Below the pieces are notes generated by a model. The model had not been told where the DNA came from. It saw only the letters and a list, made by a program, of their open reading frames with translations, and made no database searches. From the sequence record LC819007.1: a stretch of DNA of 64,000 nt, one strand, 5' to 3'. Below are positions 35,009 to 44,762 of the stretch, one piece after another (position 1 is the first letter of the stretch; every line of letters starts with the position of its first letter). The position numbers were made by a program, and so were the translations under genes.

Positions 35009-35025
35009 GCAATATGTGGTTGAAA
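35009..35025 (-). promoter_or_regulatory. putative early phage promoter (TTTCAACCACATATTGC)
   Basis: Repeated motif just downstream of the structural-block terminator. Confidence 0.6.
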
Positions 35026-35065
35026 AAATCTTCATTTTAATTCTTTTGCTGAAAGGCTTTATAGC

Positions 35066-35104
35066 GGCATAAAGGGGTGCCTTTAGGCACCCCTCGTTTA
35101 TGAC
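35066..35104 (-). terminator. intrinsic terminator ending the structural block
   Basis: AGGGGTGCC-TTTA-GGCACCCCT stem with TTTATGCC tail on minus strand. Confidence 0.8.
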
Positions 35105-36474
35105 GCCGAAGCGTCAGCTGCCTGGTTTGCCTCGTTTGCTGCAAACAAACGAATCGCCATATTGCGGTTATAGCGACCCGAGACAATCCCACTGCCTTCC
35201 CAGCCTGTGGCGATCTGTGCTGCGACCACCACTGCATCGACCTGACTCACCGCGCCTTCCTTGAAGTACGTGATCCGGGTTTGCATCCCGGGACGAATCA
35301 AAGCGGGGTCACAGTTATCCCACACCAGGTTGATATACACACCTTCCTTGGCGGCAAGGCGGGACGCTTGATACATCGTGTTGGCCGAAATCCGTTCGGG
35401 CGAGACCTGCACGTTGTTCAGACCTGACTTCAGCGGTGTCGAGATAAACTCGTTGTTGGTCTTGCCCCGCGACATCAAGGCTTTGTTGCCTGCGACCTCC
35501 ACACCCTGCTCAAAGAGCTTGGACGCATCCGCCACCCGGATACCGTTACCCGTCGCGCGCTTGTTCAGATCACTCTGGTCGTCCAACTGCAGACCGCCGG
35601 TGCAGACAATCGTCACCACCGAGCCCTCCACGATATACGTGTTGTCCACCTGCGGCATCTTGTTCTCCGGCACAATCAGGATCATCAGGTGCCGTGTGGC
35701 TTCCTGAAAGCGCTGGTAGTTAAACGGTGGGAACACGTACCAGTAGTCGTCCTGGTAGTAATACGCAAAGCCTGCCGAATACACCCCGCCACAGTGCTTG
35801 TGGATATACCCGGGCGCATCCGCTGCGGTGATGCCGTGGTCCAGCACGATGTGGTCGCGAATCTGCGCATCCACCGGGTCGACCATATCCACACCCAAAG
35901 GCATGTAGCTATCGTCCACATTCTCCGCGGCTTGTGAGGTCTGTAGCAGGATACTGCGAATCAGATCACCCACTGCGGTCTTGCGATAGATACCGCCGAC
36001 CGAACGCATAGCGAATTGCTCCATCGGCTTGGAGAACAGTTGAAACTCCAGCACTTCGAAGTCCTGAGAGTCCATCGTGAACTCATCCATCAGTTCACGG
36101 GCGTTCGCCTCCAGCGCCGGGTCGTTAGCCTGCTTAAGCACAGCCCGGTAACGCTGCTGGCCGTAACTGTCCGACGACACTTCTTCCGCGGCATGCAAGT
36201 CCGACGGTGAACCGGAGAGTGTGATCTCCAGCTCATTGCGTGACGGGGTGATCTTGTACGTGAACTGGCCGGAGGGCACCAGCACGATCAACGAGATCTC
36301 ATCCGTGTACTGGAGCATGTACTCCCGCATGATGTCCATGTTCAGTACGCGCAGTACCTGCACGTCACCGAACTTGGTGTGGATCGTTGCGTCGATGTAA
36401 TAGTTGGGTTGACCCGTTCTGGCATCAATCACCCGTCGTACTTCATCGCCGAGTGGTGTCTCCATGAAGTCCAT
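35098..36474 (-). CDS. putative virion structural protein (phiKZ-like, possibly baseplate hub-type)
   Basis: 458-aa ORF; position in the phiKZ-like structural cluster (synteny from memory). Confidence 0.6.
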   Translation of the reverse strand: MDFMETPLGDEVRRVIDARTGQPNYYIDATIHTKFGDVQVLRVLNMDIMREYMLQYTDEISLIVLVPSGQFTYKITPSRNELEITLSGSPSDLHAAEEVSSDSYGQQRYRAVLKQANDPALEANARELMDEFTMDSQDFEVLEFQLFSKPMEQFAMRSVGGIYRKTAVGDLIRSILLQTSQAAENVDDSYMPLGVDMVDPVDAQIRDHIVLDHGITAADAPGYIHKHCGGVYSAGFAYYYQDDYWYVFPPFNYQRFQEATRHLMILIVPENKMPQVDNTYIVEGSVVTIVCTGGLQLDDQSDLNKRATGNGIRVADASKLFEQGVEVAGNKALMSRGKTNNEFISTPLKSGLNNVQVSPERISANTMYQASRLAAKEGVYINLVWDNCDPALIRPGMQTRITYFKEGAVSQVDAVVVAAQIATGWEGSGIVSGRYNRNMAIRLFAANEANQAADASAS

Positions 36475-37170
36475 TTACTTCTTCCCCTTCTTGAAGAACG
36501 TTGCCATCGACTGACGCGCCGGGGTGTCGTACTCGACAGCCTTGCCGGAGTAGTCCACAAACGTAGCTTCCGCGTTCGGGTCGTACTTCGGCGCCACGAT
36601 TGTGAGATCGATATTGCGCACATTGAGCAGACCCTTGTCGGCGGTTTCACGACGACGGTCATCCACCTTCGACATCGCAGCCAGCATCGCCCGGCGACCC
36701 ACTGCCGTCGAATTCGACAGCTTGAAGTGCTTGGTGATGAATTTGCTGTCGTAAGCAAAGCGCGCGTGCGAGTAGACCACGTTGGCAAACTGGTCCAGCA
36801 ACAACAGATCGTCGTACGGTGGCGTGCGCGGGTGGTACGCGTTCTCAATGTGTTCCTTCCACGCAAGCAGGTGACTCATGATTGCTTCGTAGATCTTGGG
36901 CGCGTCGTCGCGCTTGATCAGCGCCACGTTGGCGCCTGCGCTCCAGAGTTCCGCCATCCGGTGGATGGGTAGGGACAACAGACGCGGCTCCCACTGCATG
37001 GCGTGATCGTGGTGCATGTCGCCCGAGGTGGGCAAACCGTCATCCATCAGTTCGTCAATCGAGAGCGTCTGGATATACGGCACACGACACTGATACCGCA
37101 CAAACCACAACGGGTAGCGCGTGTCGCGATTCTTAGGCGGGATATACTGCGCCATTTCTTTATTCTCCAA
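36475..37170 (-). CDS. phiKZ-like hypothetical protein in the structural cluster
   Basis: 231-aa ORF abutting neighbours. Confidence 0.65.
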   Translation of the reverse strand: MENKEMAQYIPPKNRDTRYPLWFVRYQCRVPYIQTLSIDELMDDGLPTSGDMHHDHAMQWEPRLLSLPIHRMAELWSAGANVALIKRDDAPKIYEAIMSHLLAWKEHIENAYHPRTPPYDDLLLLDQFANVVYSHARFAYDSKFITKHFKLSNSTAVGRRAMLAAMSKVDDRRRETADKGLLNVRNIDLTIVAPKYDPNAEATFVDYSGKAVEYDTPARQSMATFFKKGKK

Positions 37171-37206
37171 TTCAAAAGGGGTGCGAGGGGACGCACCCCT
37201 CTGACA

Positions 37207-38577
37207 TCAGATAGCGCGAATTACCGACTTGATGAGGATCAGCAGCACGGGGATGAAGTAAAACGAGTTCACGTTATCCCAGCGTACCGAGGCTTCGACC
37301 AGTGCTCGCATGCGATCGTAGGCGATTTCCTTGCTGTCCAGGTAGTCCTGCACAGCCAGTTCCAGATCACTCTGGGCGCCTTCGGTGCTGCGGTCGTTAT
37401 CGTAGAACGCCTTCGTGAAGACGTAGTAACCGTCAGTGAAAGTGTCCTTGATGCCGATCTTGCTCGGGTCCGTTGCATCGGGCTGAGAACCACCCAGCAT
37501 CGAGGCCAGCGTCTTGCGCGGCGGTACGGTAGCACGCACCGGCACGAACTCGCCTGCAGCCTTCTGAAGCTGTTCAAACTGGTTATCCACCCGTACCATC
37601 GGATCGTTCGGATAGATCACGTTCTCGATACCCGAGTAACGAATCCCTTCCATCATCGGCTCACGGGTGAACGTGCGCACTCCGACGTAACCCACGGTCT
37701 GGAAGGCATCGGCCAAGAGAGCCCGGTTGCGCTCCATCAGCACGGTCCAGATGCTGTCGGCTGACATCACCTGATCGTCGTCACAGTTCAACTGCCGCAG
37801 GTTCGTGAGTTCCCGGGCATCCCAGGTCGTCAGGTTCTGGAACACCGCCCGCACCAGGAACGCATCGTACGTCACGTACGGTTGGTCCGGCATGATCAGC
37901 GTCGCGTATTCCTTGCTGTAGTACCGCTTGAAATACTGCGTGACGAGTGTGCCGTACTGACGGCGCAGGAACTGCAGGTTCTCGTAGTCGTCCGACACCA
38001 GGATCGGATTCTGACCGTGAGCGATGAAGTCTTTCTCGAAGTACGTGTTCTGAACCGTCTTGCGTTTCAGGTTGTCGAGCCACGCTGGTTCACCGAAGTT
38101 GACCAACGAGTAGTCGATCGAGTGGACCGCATCGCGGAACACCGACAGACGTTTGACATCCGTCACCTGAAAGATAGCCCGGCGGCCATCCAGCAGGTCA
38201 GCGACAAACATGTCACCCTTGTTCGGGATCACGAACGGGTAGACAGTCGCCGCACCTTGACTGCTCACTTCGTTCGTTTCATTGTCCTGAGCGTCCTGCA
38301 ATGCTGAGGTGACACGCACCTCCATGGCATTGATCAGCTTATACTGCTGATAGGCGGGGTCCAGACCCAGCTCCAAGCCCTTCGGCATCGTGTCGCGACC
38401 CAACACCTGGCTGTAGTAGTCGACCGTCCAGGACATGCCCTCAACGTGCGAGAGCAGGGTTTCCTTCGGCTGGTACTTCAGGTCCACGGCGATGTTCTTC
38501 GCATCGGGCTTGGCAATCGTCAGGACCGGTTTCGGCGGCAACTGGGGTTTGCCCGGCCGCGCTTGAATGATAGGCAT
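37207..38577 (-). CDS. putative virion structural protein (phiKZ-like)
   Basis: 456-aa ORF; GMSWTVDYYSQ, PFVIPNKGDMFVADL..GRRAIFQVT pattern resembles jumbo-phage neck/tail proteins. Confidence 0.65.
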   Translation of the reverse strand: MPIIQARPGKPQLPPKPVLTIAKPDAKNIAVDLKYQPKETLLSHVEGMSWTVDYYSQVLGRDTMPKGLELGLDPAYQQYKLINAMEVRVTSALQDAQDNETNEVSSQGAATVYPFVIPNKGDMFVADLLDGRRAIFQVTDVKRLSVFRDAVHSIDYSLVNFGEPAWLDNLKRKTVQNTYFEKDFIAHGQNPILVSDDYENLQFLRRQYGTLVTQYFKRYYSKEYATLIMPDQPYVTYDAFLVRAVFQNLTTWDARELTNLRQLNCDDDQVMSADSIWTVLMERNRALLADAFQTVGYVGVRTFTREPMMEGIRYSGIENVIYPNDPMVRVDNQFEQLQKAAGEFVPVRATVPPRKTLASMLGGSQPDATDPSKIGIKDTFTDGYYVFTKAFYDNDRSTEGAQSDLELAVQDYLDSKEIAYDRMRALVEASVRWDNVNSFYFIPVLLILIKSVIRAI

Positions 38578-38579
38578 GC

Positions 38580-40166
38580 TTACTCCTGAATAGTACCGTT
38601 ATCGTTTTTGCGGTAGGCTTCGATGAACAGGATCATCACCGTGTTCCACTGAATCGAGGTGTGGTCCGAGAGATGACCCGTGTTGGTCGTCGCTGTACAC
38701 TGACGAATCCGGGTGAAGAACTTCTCCCCTTCGGCACGGGTGATATAGTTGCTGTTCCCAAGTGTCTGCGGCAGCTTGTTGTACTTGACCAGATCCGGAC
38801 ACAGCGCTGCACCAATCAGCGTCAGGCCGTTGGCGTCGTCCCGTGCCGAGTCACGTGCGCGCGGCGTCAGATACGACGGGTCCATCAGCAGCGAGAGCCG
38901 CACGTAGTAAGTCCGACGCAGATCCGGCTCGAAGTCGAGGATCACGTTGAGGTTCTCATCGACGTGAAAGAGCTTGTACTCCAGCGGCATGTGGTTGTCG
39001 TACACCGTCACGTTCACGAGTGACTCGCAATACTTGTTGAGCCACTTGTACTCGTGCTTCATGAACTGGATGAACTCGGGACGGAACTCCCAGTTCTCAT
39101 CGATCTCACCGAAGTTCATGATCGTGCGGTTGATCGTACCGTCGTCGTTCTTGGCCACCCCCACCAGGGCGGAGAGCACCTGCAGTGTGTAACGCGGCAT
39201 CGAACGCGGATAGAACTCATGGAACTCCGGCAGACGGATACCACTACGGATCGTGGGCTTAGCCAGTCGATCGACTTCAAACGCACCAAGAGCGGTGAGC
39301 GAGCGAGGACTGCGCGACTCATAGGTCTGGAAGTCGTCCTTCGGTTGCAGCATCAGGTACTTCTCGTCGATCAGCTGGTTGTGAATCAGTACCGGATAAT
39401 CACCAGCGGACGCAATCGGGCAGTCGAAGAAGATCTTGTACGAGAACGCCTGACGATAAGCTTCCCCGTCACCTTGTTTGTTGGGCTCGTCCGGGATGTC
39501 CTGGAACTCCCACTGACCTGTCACCCGTCCCTGCTGCTCCGCGACCGCGTAGCGCTCTTCTGTGCCAATCTGGGTGGCAATCTTGGTCACGTTCTGGGTG
39601 AAGTGCTTGGCGAGGTATTCCTCGAACGTGTCACCGTATCCGGCTTGCGCTTCACGCAACTCCCAGATGTGTTCCAGGAGCGGGAAGAACTCCTTCGGGA
39701 TCGGGAAGTGGTAATTGATGATGTGCGTGTGGATATCCCGATTGGTCGACACGCGAGTGCGGATCTCGTCACGCCAGCGTCGGGCGTTATTCGCATCGGT
39801 CGAACGGTATTCGAACTCCAGCGTCAGCACCACCGGCGAGTACACCGGACGCAGATACACCATCAGCGCATCGTCGTAGAAGTATTCCGGGAATTCCAGC
39901 TGATGCACGGCGGTCGCAAGCAGCTTGTCAGTCAGATGCTCCTCTTTCAGGTTCACCCGCCAGATCGGACGGGAGTTGACCTGATTGAAGCCTTGCGATT
40001 CGTCCATCGTCGACGCCGGTTGGGCGACGACTTCGGAATCACCGGGAAACAGAATGGGTAGTGCGCCCAGTCCGGTCCACTCCTGCATCTGTCGTGTGAT
40101 GTCCAGCACCACTGGCCGGATGACGGCATCCCGAATTCCGTCATTGGTAAAGAGTACCTTAGGCAT
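38580..40166 (-). CDS. putative virion structural protein (phiKZ-like)
   Basis: Long ORF; start set at MPKVLFT; synteny. Confidence 0.65.
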   Translation of the reverse strand: MPKVLFTNDGIRDAVIRPVVLDITRQMQEWTGLGALPILFPGDSEVVAQPASTMDESQGFNQVNSRPIWRVNLKEEHLTDKLLATAVHQLEFPEYFYDDALMVYLRPVYSPVVLTLEFEYRSTDANNARRWRDEIRTRVSTNRDIHTHIINYHFPIPKEFFPLLEHIWELREAQAGYGDTFEEYLAKHFTQNVTKIATQIGTEERYAVAEQQGRVTGQWEFQDIPDEPNKQGDGEAYRQAFSYKIFFDCPIASAGDYPVLIHNQLIDEKYLMLQPKDDFQTYESRSPRSLTALGAFEVDRLAKPTIRSGIRLPEFHEFYPRSMPRYTLQVLSALVGVAKNDDGTINRTIMNFGEIDENWEFRPEFIQFMKHEYKWLNKYCESLVNVTVYDNHMPLEYKLFHVDENLNVILDFEPDLRRTYYVRLSLLMDPSYLTPRARDSARDDANGLTLIGAALCPDLVKYNKLPQTLGNSNYITRAEGEKFFTRIRQCTATTNTGHLSDHTSIQWNTVMILFIEAYRKNDNGTIQE

Positions 40167-40300
40167 GGTTGACTCGTGAAATAAAGAAAATGGTGTCCTT
40201 TTTGGACTCACAACAATTTGGCGACATAAGTACCCCTCCCAGAACGCTCAAACGGCTCTCTAAACCGTTTGTAGCGCTCGGGAGAGGAGTTATGCCAGTA

Positions 40301-41968
40301 TCAGACAGCAGCGGCGCTTGCAGCCTGTAGAGCCTTCCGGGTGAGCTCGTAGCTTTCCATCGCAGGATTGCTAAACTCGGTGTTCTGTTTGGCAAAGAAC
40401 TTAACCGAGACGATCCGATCCTTCGGGTTTTCCAGCGCTGCCAGCTCAGCGAGCGAAGCCACAACCATCGCACAGCGGATATACATCCACGACATCGCCA
40501 CATACGGCTGGGAGATCGTGCTGATGATCGACGACGCTACCTTGATATACGCGCCAGCGAAACCCCAGAAGCCAGCATCGGCCTTTTCCTGAGCTTTCTT
40601 GTTCAACACGTCCAGTGCCTTGCCGATCTCCTTGCCGAACTTCTCGTTCTTCTTGGCCAGTTCACCCAGCAACTGCATGTCGTTCAACATCGCCACCGTT
40701 TCGTCCAGCATTTTCAGCAGGTCGTCACAGTTGGGCACCGGCATCGAGTGTTCGGTCGCCTTGGGCGCCGCCTTATCGAATACCAGCGAAGCGCCGTAGT
40801 GCTTCAACGCTTCGATGATCGCGTCCGGATTCTCCCCGCCGTTCTTCTTCGGGCAATGCGCCACCAGATACCGGTTATCCAGCAAGGGAGCGAGCGTGAT
40901 GAACTTGCGTTCCGGATAAGCGTTCAGGGCGTGTTGCGGCGTCTGACCGGGTTTGGGCACCAGCGCGGCATCTTTCCAGGTGAACTCCCAGCGTGTCTCG
41001 ATACCATCCCGCATTCCAGCGAGATAGTTCGTGTCGTGTTCGCCCGAAGCAGTCAACGATTGCAGAGCTTCGAGCAGGCGTTCAGTTACAGTCACGCTGT
41101 AACCTTCAGCTGCGCCATACACCAGACGCATGGCGGCATTCTGCACCGCCATGGCTTCCTCGAATTCGGCGATCGAATTGATCGACTTTCCCTGCACCTG
41201 AAAGAAGCGTGCGTACTCACCAAAGTCGAACAAATCCACCAACGGGAAGTCACGCTTTTCCAGCAACGGCCGAATCTTCAGCAAGCGAGCCCGAAGCGTC
41301 TGGGCCAGATCCACATAGTGCTTGAGCGCCGTGGAGGTTTTGCTGAAGGTGTCCGGAATCTGCTTGGAGAGTGCGAACACCGTCTTGCGGAACAAGCCGG
41401 CCGCCATCTCAGTAAAGCCTTCGTTGCCCGGCATGAGGATGCCGTGAACCGCAATCGAACCAACCACACCCGGACCCATGCGAGCAAGCGCAGCCGGATC
41501 ATCTCCCGGCATGGCAGCGGCCACCGAGGCTGCGAGCGGCTTCACGGGAACGAAGTCAGCATCGCGGTCCATGTGCAGCACACCCTTATGGTCCACGTAC
41601 GCTTCCTGCGACGCCTGTACCGCAAACATCTCGGGCTCCGTCGTCGGCAGTGGCTGGACTTCAGCAAAGCCACTGGATTCCCGATAGGTTTCCAGTGCGC
41701 CTTTATCAGCCACCGCGTAGACTTCACCCTTGTGGTTCTTCTGCAGCGCTTTAAACTCGTCCACCCGTTGTTGCTGGTGATCGGTCAACTGCACCTTCTC
41801 ATCGGACACCACTGCGCCTGTTTGTGCACCGCCCGTCAGTGCTTCCAGTGAGCCCTGGATTTCATGCAGATGCTGATAGCGCTCCTCGACTTCCGTGTCG
41901 AGGATTTCGCCACGCATCACTTCTTGCATCAAGTCGGGATTCCCGCTTGCATCGGAGGTAGGGTACAT
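40301..41968 (-). CDS. internal head protein paralog
   Basis: 555 aa; S/A-L-E motifs (GSLEAL, GALETY) in N-terminal propeptide-like region. Confidence 0.7.
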   Translation of the reverse strand: MYPTSDASGNPDLMQEVMRGEILDTEVEERYQHLHEIQGSLEALTGGAQTGAVVSDEKVQLTDHQQQRVDEFKALQKNHKGEVYAVADKGALETYRESSGFAEVQPLPTTEPEMFAVQASQEAYVDHKGVLHMDRDADFVPVKPLAASVAAAMPGDDPAALARMGPGVVGSIAVHGILMPGNEGFTEMAAGLFRKTVFALSKQIPDTFSKTSTALKHYVDLAQTLRARLLKIRPLLEKRDFPLVDLFDFGEYARFFQVQGKSINSIAEFEEAMAVQNAAMRLVYGAAEGYSVTVTERLLEALQSLTASGEHDTNYLAGMRDGIETRWEFTWKDAALVPKPGQTPQHALNAYPERKFITLAPLLDNRYLVAHCPKKNGGENPDAIIEALKHYGASLVFDKAAPKATEHSMPVPNCDDLLKMLDETVAMLNDMQLLGELAKKNEKFGKEIGKALDVLNKKAQEKADAGFWGFAGAYIKVASSIISTISQPYVAMSWMYIRCAMVVASLAELAALENPKDRIVSVKFFAKQNTEFSNPAMESYELTRKALQAASAAAV

Positions 41969-43152
41969 TACTTCTTCACCTCTTCATACTTCTTGATGGA
42001 CTGGGCACACCAGCGCAGCAAAGCCTGCATGGTGCGGACGGTATAGCGCAGATGCACGATGTAGCTGTTCTGGCCGAGGGCGGTGATATTGCGCAGTGCG
42101 ACGATCGACGTCTGATCAGCTTCCTTGGTCTTGGCAAACGCCGCATCGCGCAGAATCTGCTTGAGCAGTTCTTCATCACGAGCAAAGCGGATCACGTCTT
42201 CACAGACCTTGAGCGAAGTCCGGCAGATCGCCCGAATCTCATCCGGCGAGAGCAGCGGGAAGAAGTTCACCCGCAGCGAGACTTCGGAGTCGCGTCGGAT
42301 GCCGCAGTGATACGTGAACGTCCCGTTGTCGCGCACTTCATCGGTAATCACCCCGACGATGTGGTTCTGGCCAAACATCGCTTCCGTGGCGTAGTACGAG
42401 TTGCCGGGGGCTTTCTTCTCGCTGAAGATGGCAGACAGGGAGCCCGGATCAACCGACTCCATATCTTCTTCGATCCCGGACTTCAGCTTGTCGTGCAGGG
42501 CTTTCGCTTCCTGCATCACGCGGCCGTAGTTCTTCTCTTTGGCCGCAGACACCAGCTTGGCCGTTTCCGACACAGCCGAGAACTGTTGCTGCTTCTGGAA
42601 GTTGTGGGCAATCTGTTCCCACAGCTCGTGCGGCTTGCCAGGCGAAGCGCCGTCGACGTGCAGTGCATTCATCAACGACTTGTCCTTGATCACCAGCTGC
42701 GACGCCACTGAGGCGGAGATCGAATCAGCGTGGCCGATATAGGACTTGATCACGGGGATCAGTTTGCGTGCGGTGGACTTGTGCGTGCTGAAGAAATCGA
42801 ACAGTGTCTTGAACACGCGCTCGACGATAGCGTACAGATACAGAATCACTTTCTTCAGACGGCCCGCTTTGGGCTTGTCGTCGTCATCGTCTTCGAGCGC
42901 CGCCGTCGGGATCTCGAAACGATCGATGTAGTTCTCTACTGCCACGTCGTAGAACTTGGTCGCCGATGCGTCAGCCTGGTCATAGTCGAGCTTGCCGAGC
43001 TTCTCGGCAGCGTCCAGGGCTTCGACAGCATAAGCGATGGCTTCTTCGACATGGTCCGGATTGTCGATGGGATGCTGGTCCTCTTCGCGGGGATAACTGA
43101 ACGACGCGGCCGACCCACCCATGGTCGAAAATCCTGCTTGAAACGTATCCAT
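41968..43152 (-). CDS. internal head protein paralog
   Basis: 394 aa; AALEDD followed by the helical LKKVI..L..IVERVFKTLFDFF segment shared by paralogs. Confidence 0.7.
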   Translation of the reverse strand: MDTFQAGFSTMGGSAASFSYPREEDQHPIDNPDHVEEAIAYAVEALDAAEKLGKLDYDQADASATKFYDVAVENYIDRFEIPTAALEDDDDDKPKAGRLKKVILYLYAIVERVFKTLFDFFSTHKSTARKLIPVIKSYIGHADSISASVASQLVIKDKSLMNALHVDGASPGKPHELWEQIAHNFQKQQQFSAVSETAKLVSAAKEKNYGRVMQEAKALHDKLKSGIEEDMESVDPGSLSAIFSEKKAPGNSYYATEAMFGQNHIVGVITDEVRDNGTFTYHCGIRRDSEVSLRVNFFPLLSPDEIRAICRTSLKVCEDVIRFARDEELLKQILRDAAFAKTKEADQTSIVALRNITALGQNSYIVHLRYTVRTMQALLRWCAQSIKKYEEVKK

Positions 43153-43175
43153 GATGGTTCCTTAATAAACAAAAA

Positions 43176-43205
43176 GGAGTAAGGGAGCGCAAGCTCCCTT
43201 ACTCC
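43176..43205 (-). terminator. intrinsic terminator
   Basis: Perfect 13-bp stem GGAGTAAGGGAGC/GCTCCCTTACTCC followed by TTTTT on minus strand. Confidence 0.85.
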
Positions 43206-43226
43206 TCCAGGATGTCGACTGAGCGC

Positions 43227-44618
43227 TTACTTCGCAGCAGGCTTGGCTTTCGACACTTCGACCGATTTCTCGACGTAGCGAATGAAAGACGCGGCGTTCT
43301 GGATGTTCACGCGCAGCAGCTGCGGCACGACGACAGTCGCGATAGCGGTGAGCGTCTTCAGATACAGCTCGACCATCTTCACCGACTGACCGCTTTCCGC
43401 GACCTTGGCAAAGCCTTCGATCTTGGCGAGACGATCGGCCAGATGGTTCTGGTCGGCGTTCCACTTCTTGACGAGTGCGAGCATGTCAGTGGCGAGCTTC
43501 TTCTCCACCACGGGGATGCTGCCGCCTTCGACGAGCGGCACTTCACCCGGAGCGACACCGGCCTTCACGACACCACCCTGATCCATCGGCTTCGAGAAGG
43601 CGAGGTACAGTTGCAGGCCGCCGATCTGCGGCTCGGTCATGCCGCCTTCGAGCTGTGCATTGCTCGTGAGCTTGGGCTTGAGTTCGCTGACGATCGAGTC
43701 GGGGATCTTCGAGTATTCGAACACGTGCTGGCGCAGACCACCGAGGATCTTCGACAGTTCGACGTACACCGGCAGGGCGTCTTCTTCGCCCTTCTTGGCG
43801 GTTGCCGACAGTGCGTTCAGGAACGAATCGTTGAAGAAGCCGTAAAGCGTCTTCGTGGCGAATTCAGCGTAGCGACGGAACTGAGCGTTCGCATCGCCAG
43901 CGTTCTTCACCATACGCAGCGACTTGACGAACGCTTCGTCTTCGATGGTCGCATTGCCGTCGATCTGGTTGACTGCAGCGAGTGCGCGCTCGGCCTTGGC
44001 CGTCAGGCCGTTGAACTTCTGCGCGATGCTGCGCACGACGTTGACGATCCAGGCGATGATCTTCTTGATACCGGCGAGCAGACGATCGAGAATGCTCTTC
44101 GACTTTTCCTTTGCTGCCGCGCCGACGGCCGCCACTTGACCTTCCGGTCCGGCTTCGGCAACGTCGCTGTCTTCCAGAGCAGCCAACGCATTGGGGATAT
44201 CCACGCGCAGACAGATCTGTTCGAGTGCCATGGCGTAACCCGCCACGGTGGCCTTGTTGGCCTGACCGGTCTTCAGCGCCATATCGCAGATGTAGGCGAG
44301 CTCTTCCAGAGCAGCGCCGGCGGAAACAGCTTCTTCCAGATCCTGATTGACGGAATCCGACGTGTTGCTGATTTGTTCGACATCGTTATCGAACACTTCG
44401 CCCGACAGGTCGTCGTTTTCAGCAGCGAGCGTGGAGTTCTTTTCCATCAACGTGGCGACAGCATCCGTGTCGGAGTCGATGTTGGTTTGCGTAACGGGCG
44501 GAGCGCCCGCGCTGCCTGCCTGCAACTGAGCGACAGAGTCAACTGCGGATACATCCGTGCTCGCCTCTTGCTGCAGCTCTTCCAGAGCGGCAGTAATGAA
44601 AGGACTGCGTTTTTTCAT
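43227..44618 (-). CDS. internal head protein paralog
   Basis: Start MKKRSPF; three AALE motifs; ILDRLLAGIKKIIAWIVNVVR amphipathic helix. Confidence 0.75.
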   Translation of the reverse strand: MKKRSPFITAALEELQQEASTDVSAVDSVAQLQAGSAGAPPVTQTNIDSDTDAVATLMEKNSTLAAENDDLSGEVFDNDVEQISNTSDSVNQDLEEAVSAGAALEELAYICDMALKTGQANKATVAGYAMALEQICLRVDIPNALAALEDSDVAEAGPEGQVAAVGAAAKEKSKSILDRLLAGIKKIIAWIVNVVRSIAQKFNGLTAKAERALAAVNQIDGNATIEDEAFVKSLRMVKNAGDANAQFRRYAEFATKTLYGFFNDSFLNALSATAKKGEEDALPVYVELSKILGGLRQHVFEYSKIPDSIVSELKPKLTSNAQLEGGMTEPQIGGLQLYLAFSKPMDQGGVVKAGVAPGEVPLVEGGSIPVVEKKLATDMLALVKKWNADQNHLADRLAKIEGFAKVAESGQSVKMVELYLKTLTAIATVVVPQLLRVNIQNAASFIRYVEKSVEVSKAKPAAK

Positions 44619-44703
44619 GGTGTCTTGTCCGACTAGGTTATCAATGGAGGTCCGTTGAGTACACATACCCACGGGAATTTGAGCCTCGATCACAATATAG
44701 CCA

Positions 44704-44737
44704 GCATAAAAGCGGCAGGCGAGGTGCCCGCCGCTTC
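44704..44737 (-). terminator. intrinsic terminator-like hairpin
   Basis: AAGCGGCAGGC/GCCCGCCGCTT stem with TTTTATGC tail. Confidence 0.7.
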
Positions 44738-44762
44738 TACACTTACTACTGAGGCCGGAGAC

